From: Rhina ancylostomus
Lineage: Eukaryota
Direction: 5' to 3'
Length of the DNA stretch: 64,000 nucleotides
Assembly (NCBI GenBank): GCA_030265395.1
Contig: JARFYF010000053.1
Coordinates: 16,081,194 to 16,145,193, forward strand
Every line of letters begins with the position of its first letter. The stretch's first letter is position 1. Of this stretch, positions 1-12,229 are shown in pieces. The notes under the pieces were generated by a model, which saw nothing but the letters and a program-made list of their open reading frames with translations, made no database searches and was not told where the DNA came from. The translations under genes were made by a program, and so were the position numbers.

Positions 1-2159
1 GAAATCTTAAAGCATATAGCCCTTGGATTAAATAGGTGGAGTGGAGACCATATTGGGGCATGTTATATGTGGGTCTGTAGAAAGAGTTGGTTTTCTTTCC
101 CAATGTCCAATGATAATTCATTTGCTTAGAGTTATGTTGTTATGATGTTACTACTATAGTCACTTTTAAGAAAACAGAAAATGATGGTATCTTGAATCAA
201 CAAGATTTAAGTTTTATGTGTAACTGAGGCCCACACATTCTGTGCACATCAAACAAATTACATTATCTCTGGCAAATGAGGCCATTAATACAATTGTTGC
301 GTGCTATAATTGATTTATTATGGTCCAACCTCAGTCAGAAACAATGAGATGTGCAAAGAGAGCACAAGTGTGTAGCTGAACAAGGAGCTGCCAACTTTGA
401 CTAAGCCACTGTTAAGGTCCAAGATGTCTACAATAGTTGACGAGTTCCTAATGACTGCTTACAACCTGGCATGCTAATGTGAAGTGTTTGCAGAATATCA
501 CCAATGCTTAAGGCCACAGGGTATGATTGAAGTTTAGGTGCAAATTTGAGGGTGGAGCAAGTGATGTAATAATGTACTTTGTTTGAGCAAGGTGGGATTA
601 TGTCTGTATTGATGTTTCTTCATGGTCTGTGGGCAGGATTCCTCTGGCCTCCTTTATTAGTTTACCAGTGAGACAGGATCAGTGGAATGGCAGATTTTTG
701 CAAAAATTTCTACTGGGTTGCATTACTGCTGCAGAAAGAAGATCCTGCGAAAGCAGACGTGAAGTGTTTATCAAGAACCACCCTACTTAACGTGGGCCCA
801 CTGCTTGGCTGACAGGACAGTTGTCTAATTGCTTGCAAATGCCAATCCATTATATTTAGCCTGAATGCATCAGCATAGGATGAAGATTGATCTATTACCA
901 CCCCACTGAATCACCTGAGGTCTTCACTTGGTCCTTGCCCTCTTAAGAGTAATGCCATGGGGCATATATCAGAATATTCACAGAGCTAGGTCTGCAGTCT
1001 AGATATTCATCTATTTATTATGTTTTATTTCCATAAATATGCACTAATCACTGAGACACAAAAAATTCTGCAGATGCTGGAATCTGGAGCAATACACACT
1101 CGTCTGTTTAAAGTACTGGTACTATTTAGCAATGTATCTGATTTCAGAACATGGGGGAGCTATATCTACATGTATTTGTTTATATGTACTGCTGTTTATC
1201 TTTCTACCTGCAGCTCTATCCGACCGACTCTCTCTCGGATCCGGGCGTTGTTACCTATTTGATCTATTTGTGCACTCGGTGACGACGTTTCAAACTCATG
1301 GTGGCTTTGCAGTGCTCGCTGGGGGTCGCCCTCCTACAACTGTAGGAGTCGGATGAAGGCGGCTCCCAGTCCCGCAGTGATTAGTTTATGGAGCAATTGG
1401 CTAAATATGTTGTTTTCATTGAACGTTAGGTCCGCAGAAATCCAATCCACGGCACCTTACACATGATGTATTTGAACTAGACGAAAGAGGAGGTAGATAT
1501 GTGTTGGATCCCTTGGGGGCGATATTATTGAGAGGGTATAATGGTACCAACTGCACAACTGGCGGGTTGTCTTCTGCAGGTTTCTAAATGTTTTTAACAA
1601 CAGCAGCTTCAAGTTTACGGTTTCGATTCATTGAGATTCTGGTCTGATGTCGACACTGGCGGCAGAAAAGAGCAATTAATTTTTTAAAAATCCATTTTGT
1701 TTTTGCATCTCCCATAAGCCAAGCATGATTTAGAAAACACAGAATTTTAAAAATGATGAATAAATACTTCTTCAGAGTAACTCTTGATCTGGGCAGTGCT
1801 AAATAATTTCTATGCCTTACCGATTTGAGAAAATGACTTATTAATTGTCAATGAGTAAGATATCAAATCAATAATTAGCAATCATTAGATTACTCTACTG
1901 ATCTTGGGAGATCTAAACTGCGAGAGAAATGTTTAAATGTTCAAATGTATAGAAATATTTGAGATCTTGAATTGACCAGTTCAAGATGCAAAGGGGACAG
2001 AGACCCCGACCCACTGCCTGTCCACAGCCTCAGCTCAAACCAGACCCTTATTCACCCCTAATATATCTTCTCCCAGCATTGTTCCATGTCCCTCAGACAC
2101 AGAGCTTCCTTCAACCCACCTAGACACCTTCTGGTTGTCCCAGTCCCTATTCCAAATTT

Positions 2160-3700
2160 AGATTCGGACCCCGCCCTCTGACCCAGACACCTCCCCACGG
2201 CTCGGCATCAGAGCCAGACACCGAGACACAGCTGCAGCGTCAGTGCCAGACCTGGACTCAGACATCCACTAACAGCCCCGCCCCCAGCCCCAGACCCCAG
2301 GTGTAAACCTGCGAGAAATCCAGAAAATCCGCTACACATCTCCGGACCCTCCCAGTTAACCTCAGCCGAAAAGTGGCGAGAGCCGGGATATTTTCACACG
2401 AGATTTGTCGGGGGACTGGTGTGAAAGAGCACACACACACACACGTTCAAAAACTCGGACAAACCCAGTCGGGAGAGGAAGGAAGATTGCGCTTTGGCAC
2501 ATCTGACACTTTCTGCATTCTGCCACCTCCAGCTTTCGTGACCGGCGGACTTTCTCGCCTGGAGACCGTTCGAGCCACTGACGCGAAGTCCGATCCCGCC
2601 GCCAATCTCAACCCAAGGGGTCAACTGAAATAACGCGGTCTGTTGAAACAGCGAAGCAGCGTCTCCGGGCACGGGGACCGAGAGAAACTGGACAAACCCT
2701 CGCCCNNNCGCTGCTCCACATCTGCCATTTTACAAGCGCCCGATGCTTTTGGAATTAACAGGTTGTTGGAAGTGGAGCGGCTTCGGGAAGGAGGTGAGTG
2801 AGAGAGGCGAGTGCGGGCTGCGTCCTGCGGGATCTGTCCACGATTCTGAACCTGACCTGTCTGTGTAAGTGCCATCGGTCCCAACTCTGCACCTGATCGC
2901 TTTGTCCCTTCTCCAGTTAGTAACTTGATCCGGTTTTTCCCCCCACTAAAAAAAAGGAATAAAAGCTAATCTTCCCTGGGAAGGGAGTTTGGAGAGCAAG
3001 CGAAACCCGACCTCCGCATGATAAGCTCCGTGTGTGTCTCATCTTACCGAGGACGCAAGTCAGGCAATAAAGCTCCTTCTAAACCATGTCTGAAGGAAGA
3101 AATGGGCAAGGGGGAGGACAGCGAGAGAATCACTATCAACGTTGGCGGCACCAGGCATGAAACGTACAAAAGCACCCTGCAGACGCTGCCGGGGACCCGG
3201 CTGGCGGGACTTGCTGACCCCGGCGCCCAATGCAACTTTGACTTCGATGCCAAGTCCAGCCAGTTCTTCTTTGACCGCCACCCGGGCATTTTCGCCTATG
3301 TGCTGAATTATTACCGCACGGGCAAGCTGCACTGCCCGGCCGATGTCTGCGGGCCCCTGTTCGAGGAAGAGTTGGCTTTCTGGGGACTGGACGAGACCGA
3401 CGTGGAGCCCTGTTGCTGGATGACTTACAGGCAGCACCGAGATGCCGAGGAGGCTCTCGACATCTTCGAGCCGTCGGATGGGACTTGCAACAGCATGGAG
3501 AGGGAAGACGAGGCCGAGCCTGACCCGGACTCGGGCCGCATCCTGGGACTGGAAGCGTGCAGCCACAACCGTTCCACTCTCGCCAACTGCTGGAAGAGGT
3601 GGCAGCCCAGAGTGTGGGCACTCTTCGAAGACCCTTACTCCTCCAGAGCGGCACGGGTAAGGAACAGATTAACCACCCGCTGGCCAATTCCAGCACCTTT
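2160..3700. promoter_or_regulatory. CpG island / promoter and first exon(s) of KCNC4
   Basis: Dense CpG and high GC against a CpG-depleted background. GC boxes CCCCGCCC at 2169-2176 and 2276-2283, YY1-like GCCATTTT near 2724. Overlaps the start codon. Confidence 0.8.
3018..3656 (+). CDS. KCNC4: Kv3.4 coding exon 1: N-terminal inactivation peptide + T1 (BTB) domain, 213 codons
   Basis: [29 protein letters not shown] is the Kv3.4-type inactivation peptide. T1 motifs [33 protein letters not shown]...EPCCW (Kv3 Zn site), [14 protein letters not shown]. Phase-0 donor CGG|GTAAGG at 3656/3657, at the usual KCNC exon 1 boundary. Confidence 0.95.
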
Positions 3701-5514
3701 TAACCACTCTTTCATAAACACATTTCTTCCCAAATCCACAATGAATATTTTTACTAATTTGCGTTTTTACATTCAATAAAAATAACGTGTCAGAAATCTA
3801 GCCACTAAACCCAAACCGTAGGTTCAATATTTATATTTTTCGATACTTCAAAGTACCGGAGTTTAACAATATAAAGCGAGAGCTTTGTGCTTTCAAACTT
3901 CCAGTGAAATCAACAGATCGATCGTTCCCACGCCGATGAATTAGTCTGATTTAAAATAAATAATAATTTCACTTGCATATAAATGTAAAATGTTAATGCT
4001 GAAATACGTTAAATGTTTCCGGNNNNNNNNNNATCCAGAGAGACTCGATATGAAGAAATACGACTTGCCTGATAGCAAATCGCAGACGAGCAATGAATCT
4101 CAATTCCAGTTGTTGCCATATTTTAACCATTCATTTGGTATCTATTGATTTGAGAGGGAGAAAGTGCACACAAAACACTGGTACGTAGGCACATGCACGC
4201 ACGCACATCGGATAGGAAGACGAGAACGGTGACTATCTAACGGAGATGGGGCATGGACTCTGATTCTGCACAACTGTTGCATGGAAGCGGCCTCCCTGTT
4301 TCCTCTAAGCTTCGCCTCAGGGTCAAGCGTGTAAAGATTATCAGAAATAGTCCAAAAAAATGAGGCTTAANNNNNNNNNNNNNNNNNNNNNNNNNNNNNN
4401 NNNNNNNNNNNNNNNNNNNNNNNNNNNNNNNNNNNNNNNNNNNNNNNNNNNNNNNNNNNNNNNNNNNNNNGGTCAAGCGTGTAAATATTATCAGAAATAG
4501 TCCAAAAAAATGAGGATTAAAAATAGAATCAAATGCAGGTAAAGGTCCACTGGTCAGTAGAGCGACCTATTTGTCATAACAATTAAAATGGGGACCGAAA
4601 GCACATGTTTACCTGCAGTGTACTTACATTAAGACTGAGGATGAATTTAATTACTTCAGGCATTAATTAGACTGATGCTGTCAAGGAAGAACATTAATGG
4701 GTGATTTTGTTTTTTTTAGTTTGAAATGTTTACAAACCCTTTGTGTCATTGGATCTATGTGGTACCTGTTTAATTGGAGTCATGTTTGTGGGTGTATATG
4801 TGGACACTTTACTGTGCAAGTGAAAGTTGGTGGACATTGATGAAAGCTTTTATTATTGTGAATCTGGGAGGTGATGGGCACATTTAAATGTGGATGGGAT
4901 AATCTGCAGTTTCTAACAGCATGGCCTCTTTTAGGTAAAACCAGCTGGAGTGCTTCTTTGAGGAGATTAAAGGGGAGCTGTATGCAAGGATGATAGCAAA
5001 GAAAGGGGGTGGCAGAGAATAGGGAATCTGGTAAAAATCAAGACAGCAGATCCTAGAAAAGGGGAGTAATGCAGCAAAAATGAAAAAGAGACAAAGGTTA
5101 GAAAAGTTCAGCATGTGGCAGGTAAATAGAACGCAGGAAGTTGTCAAAGTCTGTTGGATATGTCTGTGAGAGGGATGAAGCAGATGCAATGCTTGTTCCT
5201 GCTTCTGCCTGACAGATGCCAGTTGACAGTGAGTAAGGCAGAGCTGAACTGTCCAGGTTTTGTTTGAAAATATCCACAGTACACTCCATACATTCAATCA
5301 TCTTCCACAAACTGTTCACAAGGACAGAAAATAACACAAATTGAATTAAAACCTTTCCTCACATCATCCAAGTTTTACCCTTGTGGCAAAAATTGGTGCA
5401 GAATTTACTCAGCTACTGTGAACAAAATAGTGCAATAGATGTTGAAGATTAATCAAGTACTTATTCCTGTGAAGTTAATGCTTTCTTGGGCTTCCAGTCA
5501 GATTTGTTACTATT

Positions 5515-5595
5515 CAAAGTACTTCCCTTTTGAAAGCAGTCAGTAGATCATTTAGTAAATAATCTACTGACTGCTTTCAAAAAGGAAGCACTTTG
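5515..5595. repeat. 81-bp near-perfect palindrome
   Basis: 37 of 40 positions pair around centre 5555 (checked base by base). Confidence 0.95.
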
Positions 5596-5739
5596 GTTAC
5601 AAACTGGAAGGTGCTCGGTTAGATCGGTCTCTGCTGTTCAGTTGATCTCGAAAGAGGACTCCCTCCCTCCCCACCCCCCCCCCCCCCATATCCCTCAAGG
5701 ACAATTCCTTTAGTCTCAGCATACCTGGCATTAAAAGAA

Positions 5740-7015
5740 AGCAGCCATGTTCCTCCACATGATCATTTCCTAGTGAGCTCACGATTAAAGAGAGGCAATT
5801 TAAGAGGGGTTCCTTCCCCTAAATACTATATAAATGCCAGCATTAGAGACAGTGAAATTCATCTTTAGTTCCTGCTTCCAAATAGCATTCAGTGATCTTT
5901 GAGAGTAAATGAGACTCATACCTGTGCCCAATCACTTTCCAGAATTTCTGTCCGGTGACCACTGGATAAAGAGAGGAAAGAAGTCAGGGTTCCTGCTTCT
6001 ATCATTTTCTCATGATCCTTAGATTAGAGGAAGAGGAAATTCACTTGGTTCCTAAACTTTTGATCACTATCCACTGGGTTGGATGAAGAGAAAATCAACC
6101 AGTGTTCTTGTTCCCAATCATGGCCCATCACCCCACCAGGTTAGATAGCAGAGAAATTACCCATCATTATCTGGTGAACCCAGTTCAGAAAGCAAGTAAA
6201 TCAGCCAGCATAATGTTCAGTTCATGCTCCTGCATACAGTTCAGTGACTCTGGTTAGAAGGAAGGGAAAATTAACAAGTGTTCCTACTCGTCATTGCTGT
6301 TATTCCTGGGTTAGACAGAATGGTAGTCAGTCAGGGTTTCTGTAATGGATCATTGCCCCTTAGATCATTTAGTTAGAGAGGAGAAATCAGTCAGGGTTCT
6401 TGTTCATAGTCAGTGTATTGCGACAGCCTGATAAGGAAACTGAAGTCTCATCTAGGGATCCAGCCGCTGAGCATTGCCTAGTGACCCCTGGTACAGTGTT
6501 AGTAAATCAGCCTGGTTTCTGGCTCATGATCATTGCTCAACTTTTCCTTGGGTTGAGATGGGCAGCCAGCCAGCATTCTTGTTCATGATCATTGCCCAGA
6601 CACTAAGAGAGGAAATCAGCCAAGACTCCGGTTTCTAATCACTATTTACTGATTCTGAGGATCGGAGTGAGTGGAGGACAGTCAGGTTTTCTGCGGGTGA
6701 TCATTTCCCTCTGACCTCTGGGTTAGAGGGGAAATCAACCAGGGCTTCTATGCCAAATCAATGTGCAGTGACCCTTGAGTTATAGAGCATGAAGATCAGT
6801 AAAGTCTCCTGATCTCTACCTAGTGGTTAAAGAGAAGGAAAATCTGCCAGGATTCCTCTCAATCCATGTACTGAATTAGAGAGGGTTCCACATCCTTGTT
6901 ACTCCCCTGGTTTAGAATGGGGAGAGATTGTCCAGTATTCAAATTTCCGGTTACTGCTCTGTGAACCCTATGTTATGGAGAGAAGAAATCAGTCAGAGTT
7001 TCTGCAGCTGATCCA
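5740..7015 (+). repeat. Degenerate ~57-bp tandem array, part 1
   Basis: Recurrent unit of the form ggttagagaggagaaatcagccagggttcctgctcctgatcactatccagtgacccct, roughly 20 diverged copies. Confidence 0.8.
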
Positions 7016-7019
7016 TTTG

Positions 7020-7610
7020 GTTTTTATTGTAAAGAGAATGGTATACAAAAGGGATATATTTTTAAGGCTAAATTGGACATTGGTGGGTCAACACTTAGTC
7101 TTGTCTCCTTCTTGAGGGAGTGATATCCTTGCATTGGTGGTAGTTCAAAGAAGACAGAGTTTCCAGGGATCATTGGTTTTATGAAGAAACTATTGATCAG
7201 ATTGGGCCCATACTCATTGGGGTCTGCAAAAATGGGAGATGATCTTATTGAAACAGAGAAGATTCTGAAGGAGCAATAGGCAATATATTGAGAGGATGTT
7301 TTCCCTCAAGTGAGGATCTAGAATTGGGAAAGGTATAGTTTCAAATTACCTATCCAAGATAGAGATGAGAAAGAATTTGCTCTCTCAGAGCATCATGAAT
7401 CTTTGGCATCCTGTAGAGATGTGGAGACTGAGTCATTAATATATTCAAGGCAAAGATAGATTTTTGGGTTATAAAGGAATTGAGAATTATGAGAAACAAT
7501 CAGCAAAGTAGAAATGAGAACAAGCTCAGATCAGCAAAGATCTTATTGAATAGCAGAGTGGTCTGAAAGGGCTACATACTTTATACCTACTCTAATGATG
7601 TTTGTTTTTG
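7020..7610 (+). mobile_element. Decayed CR1 LINE 3' fragment splitting the tandem array
   Basis: CR1-type 3' motifs (gagatgagaaagaatttgctctctcagag, tcattaatatattcaaggc, gatcttattgaatagcagag). Confidence 0.7.
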
Positions 7611-7920
7611 TGGTCCCTGACTTAGAAAATATAAATTAGCCACTGATCCTGCTCCTGATGACTGATGAATGACTCCTGTGATCGAGTGTGGAAATCTGTC
7701 ATGGTTCCTTCTTGTAGTCCCTGCAGATTTATCCTTAGTTAAACAAGAAGGAAAACCAGTCAGGAATCTTACACCTCCTCACTATCTTGTGATCCTTGGA
7801 TTGGCAAGGGAGAAAATCAGTCCAGGTTCTCCTGATCAATATATTATCCAGGTTTCCCGTTTTTGATCTCCAGATTAGAAGAGGTAATCTGACAAGGTTT
7901 TCATTCCTGACCATAGTCTA
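7611..7920 (+). repeat. Degenerate ~57-bp tandem array, part 2
   Basis: The same unit resumes after the LINE (e.g. aaattagccactgatcctgctcctgatgact, gagaaaatcagtccaggttctcctgatc). Confidence 0.7.
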
Positions 7921-10129
7921 TGGACTACTACAGAGAAGTGGCCTTTTGAACATGTGTAGAGTTTATCATTAGGGTTGACTCAACTTTCCATTAATTGAGC
8001 TGCCTATGTCCGTCACTTCCAAGTTAAGGGAGGAAAAAAGATCTTACAGACGTAACAACTCTCCAGGAGACACAATCTCCTGAACCGGTCAACATAAAGT
8101 ATAAACTTGAAGGTTGAACAAAGGCTAGCTCATGATAAATGTAACAGGAATGATCGTTCTGAATTGGGAGAAATATGAACACTTGGAAACATTTAACATT
8201 GAGCTTAATGCTGATTAATCCCAGGCTCCTCTGTTCATATCCTTCATCTAGCACCCACCCAGCAATGATGAGGAGAGGGTCTTGAATAGAGCAACCATTT
8301 ATTAATTGCCTGTTGTTACAAGATGGGATAGGGGGGATTAAATAGTTTAACTGGTGGAACACACAATCTAGAATAGATCTTGGATTGATCCTGAGTCTAA
8401 TTACCTATTTTCAGACTGAACTTCTTTAGAGGTGACCTGACAAAGGTCTTTAAAATTGGAGGTTTGACGGGAAGTGCAGAAAAGATAATTCTTGAGTATC
8501 GTCTGGAGAAGAGCGAGAGAGCAGAAATGCAAGATCGTTAATATTAAATCCACTTGTGTGAAAAGGAAATTTTTCTTGGCTCAGAATGTCTTTAGAATGT
8601 GAATTGTGTTACCACAGAAAATGGTTGAGGATAAAAGCTTAGCTCATTTCCTTAGAAAACTTACAAAAGAGAAAGGGGATTGAAAAGATGTACTAAAAGG
8701 CAGGGAAGAGNNNNNNNNNNNNNNNNNNNNNNNNNNNNNNNNNNNNNNNNNNNNNNNNNNNNNNNNNNNNNNNNNNNNNNNNNNNNNNNNNNNNNNNNNN
8801 NNNNNNNNNNGGCAGGGAAGAGGAAGATAGATTGTGAAGTGTGGAGTACAGCCACCAACACAGACCAGCTGGCATGATTGCCTTGTTTCTGTGCTGTAAA
8901 GTTCAAAGTACCTTGGGTAAGTATTAGGGAATGGTCAGTGCTTGTGGAAATGTGTTGAAAGGGAGAGAGATTTTAAAAGAAAAGTGGCTGGGTCCAAATT
9001 AAGGGAAAAAAACCCCAGTAAGAAAATTGTAATGTTTGAGGTAACCCTATGATTTCCCACAAATGCATTCAAAACCAAAGTGAACAGCCTGTAAAAGTCA
9101 AAAGACAACTTAAAGCCTCCACTCAACCAGAACAGAATGCTTAGTGTTCATGAAATCGCTCACACCTCAGAAAATTATTCTGTCAGTCCTTGAGCACCAA
9201 GCTGTTGAGATCACAGTGGCAAGGTATATTTTCAGGCCTGAATGCACTGGTACTCAATTGCTCTGTGTGATTCTTTCACACAGACATTTACTCACACCTG
9301 CGTCAAACAAAAGCACAGAGGGATTTAGTGAAGGATTCTCCTGGAATAGCTTTAGTTGGAAAATATGCCCTGTGCAATCCAGACCAGGCAAGATTCAGGC
9401 ATAACTGGTGTGGAGGCTACATTATATGCAGGTTTAAAACATATTATTCATGTAGCTTTAAAATATAAATGCCTTTAAGGCTAATCATTTGGTTTATTTG
9501 AAGTTAGGCAGATGCTAAGCAGATACTGGATACTGTTCCAGGTGACCAAGGAAGGGGAGAGGAGCACCTCAGCTCAAGGTTCTGGGAAAGAACAGCAAGA
9601 AGAGGTGCCTGGATTTGAACATGGAACAGAATAACAACTGGGATATCGCAGCTTAGGAAGAGAAAAGAATAGTGCCTAAAGTTTAAGAGGAAAATAAGGT
9701 TGTAGTGGAGAGTAGGTGCTTGAGAGAGACAGATCAGAAAGCAGTGGAGGGTACATGTAGTGAGAACACAAGACTCCTGTTCCTATCCTGAACGGTTATT
9801 CAATGCAGGCATGGATTGGAGGTAAGACCCAAGAGGGCTGAGCTAATGTCTGATTGCACTCAAAGGCAGGGAGGATCTGTGCCAACTCATCAAAGTAGTC
9901 TTTATTATCTAATGAGAGAGTTGTACATATGCGCACAATATATGAATGTTGTGGCTATCCTAAGTAAATATACATTCATTCATTGTATCTCAATATCCAG
10001 CAATTAACAGAGCTTTTTCTATTCAGGATCCCAAACTAGGCTGAATCCACAGCTCCTCTGCAATTGAAATCCTCTGGAGATTAGCTCTTTGAGTCTTAAA
10101 AGAGCTGTACTTCTAGTGTTACACCTTTT

Positions 10130-10285
10130 AAATTGGTCAATTGGTTTATTATTGTCACATGTACCGAGGTACAGTGAAAGCTTTGTTTTGCATGCCATCC
10201 ATACAGACAATTTAATCAGATCAGTGCATTGAGGTAATACAAGGGAAAAACAATAACAGAATGCAGAATAAAGTGTTACATTTAT
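10130..10285 (-). mobile_element. 3' tail of a Rex/Babar-like LINE or derived SINE
   Basis: ttggtttattattgtcacatgtaccgaggtacagtgaaagctttgttttgcatgcc: reverse-strand AATAAA tail typical of such elements (recalled family). Confidence 0.55.
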
Positions 10286-11849
10286 AGCCTTGCTTGCTTC
10301 AATAATATAGTACACATCCCAATCGGACCAGATGACTTTTATAATTTTGGGACTGCCACACTTAAATACAGGCTACAGTATTCACCTGTTTTTATCTTAT
10401 CTGATACTATTGCTTTTTAAAATGTAATTTACTGGATATGGGCATCCCAAGCAATGCTCTTCTATTGGCCTTCACTGATGGCACGTGAGAAGATAATGGC
10501 AGGCCATTTTCTTGCATCACAGCAGTCTTTCAAGATTTCAGGATTTGGACCCAGCAATGAACAGGTTATTATTTACTAAGTATCTCTTGACTGTGCTGTT
10601 GATAATAATTTCCATCATTTTGTTAATGGTTGAGAGCAGATGTGGTGCAGGAATAAGCCATATTTTATTGATCTTGATTTTTGTGAACAGGACATACTAC
10701 AGGTGACAGGTAGATGCCAGGGTTGTAGTCACATTAAACATCTTGGCGAGAGGCACAGTAGTTCTGGAGCACATGCCAAAAAGAACACTACAGCTGGGGT
10801 GTTATCTGGTCCCATAGCTTTTGTTCCATCCAGCACTCTCAGTCTTTTCTTCATAAAACGTGAAGTGAACTGGATTGACTAAAGACTGGCTTCTGTGACT
10901 GTGGGGATGTCATAACAGAGCCCAGATCACTTACCTGGAGATGATTGTAGATGTTTCAGCCTTGTTGTTCTCCTTTCCTGCTACATTGTAATGAAAGGAG
11001 GCAGGGAGTATTCATGTCAACCAAGCTCTCTGCCTCCATAAAGTCATGCTGTTTTATACCCTAACTGACTATGTGCTTTGACAACCCTTTAACTGTTGAT
11101 ATGTTTGTGAAAGGATTTGAGTACCTTTTATGTTCATTGTTAAACTGACAGGATTTCCACTCCTGACCATCTATACACTGTATTCTCTTCTTTCATCTCA
11201 TTCACTCCGTAGTTTTGTATTAGGATAGGCTCATCACAATATTATATACCTTACCAGACCCACATAGAGGCAGATGAGAATGAATTATTCACTTTACGTT
11301 GTGTGTGATTCGCTGTCTGTGTATGGGTGCTATTGTTGTTTAACTGGTATTCCGCATTTTGTTGTAGACAAAAATTAGCAAGTGGGGGAATTGTTACAAC
11401 AGGTTCTTGCTTTTGATCCATCTATTTTACCTATAGGTGTGCAGTGCAAGAGAATGGGTCTACTGTTGGATAGTGCAATGTGCATGAAGAACAGATTGAG
11501 GGATTTGCACAGTAATAATTTTCAGAGCTTATAATAGAAAAAATGTATTTTGACATTTGAAATTGTTTGATTTATTCACATGATTGTGATTCATTCCTGA
11601 CCCTCGACCCTGATGATATTGATTGTTTAGGACTGCAGCATCCTGAAATGATTTAGACCAACTCATTGTCAAGACCAAAGTAATTGCTTTGCACCTGTTG
11701 TTGAGAAGGTTCTGCTGGCAACTAAAAAATGTTCTAACTTAATGTGAAACGTCTAGGTTTCTGTTTTATTCTTTGTGTAGAGGGCAGCATTATCAAGTTT
11801 GCAAACTAGTAGATCATATTGAGGAGAGTTTCAGAATTCAAGAGTTTTT

Positions 11850-12210
11850 TTTAAAGATTCTTTCACTGAATATGTGAACCTCTAAGGACAGTATTAATTA
11901 AACATCTCTACTTGCCCTTGAATTTAGCAGCTTGCTGGACCATTTTAGAGGGTGGTTAAGAGTCTAGGTATGGAGTCACATATAAGCAGGACCAGAAAAG
12001 GACAGTATATTTTCTCTCCTAGAAGAAATTTCTGCCAGAAATGGGTTTTTTACAATAACTTTATAGTTCATTGTCACCATTATTATACTGGCTTTTTATG
12101 CCAGATTATTTAATTAGTTAAGTTTAAATTCCACAGTTTAAGTTATGAGATTCCATCTTGGGTCTTCTGATCATTAGCCTCTGGATTGCTTCTCCTGTAA
12201 CTGATCCACT
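11850..12210 (-). mobile_element. SINE copy (same family as 36070-36420)
   Basis: Reverse-complement similarity to the 36070-36420 element in head, body and tail. Confidence 0.55.
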
Positions 12211-12229
12211 TTTCTGCCTAAATGATGGT

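Noticed and set aside
1331-1348. 8-bp perfect hairpin ctcctaca-ac-tgtaggag
   Set aside because: Too short to distinguish from chance in 64 kb.
3044-3696. Antisense and alternate-frame ORFs over exon 1 (and over exon 2 at 38318-39376)
   Set aside because: Shadow ORFs of GC-rich coding sequence with no recognisable domains.
4321-4520. Direct repeats flanking ~100-N gaps (also 8700-8823, 36815-36975, 56281-56415)
   Set aside because: Near-identical sequence on both sides of fixed-size gaps indicates unmerged contig overlaps, not real duplications.
5740-7920. Periodic array considered as CRISPR-like
   Set aside because: Units diverge along their whole length, there is no constant repeat with unique spacers, no cas genes, and the context is vertebrate.
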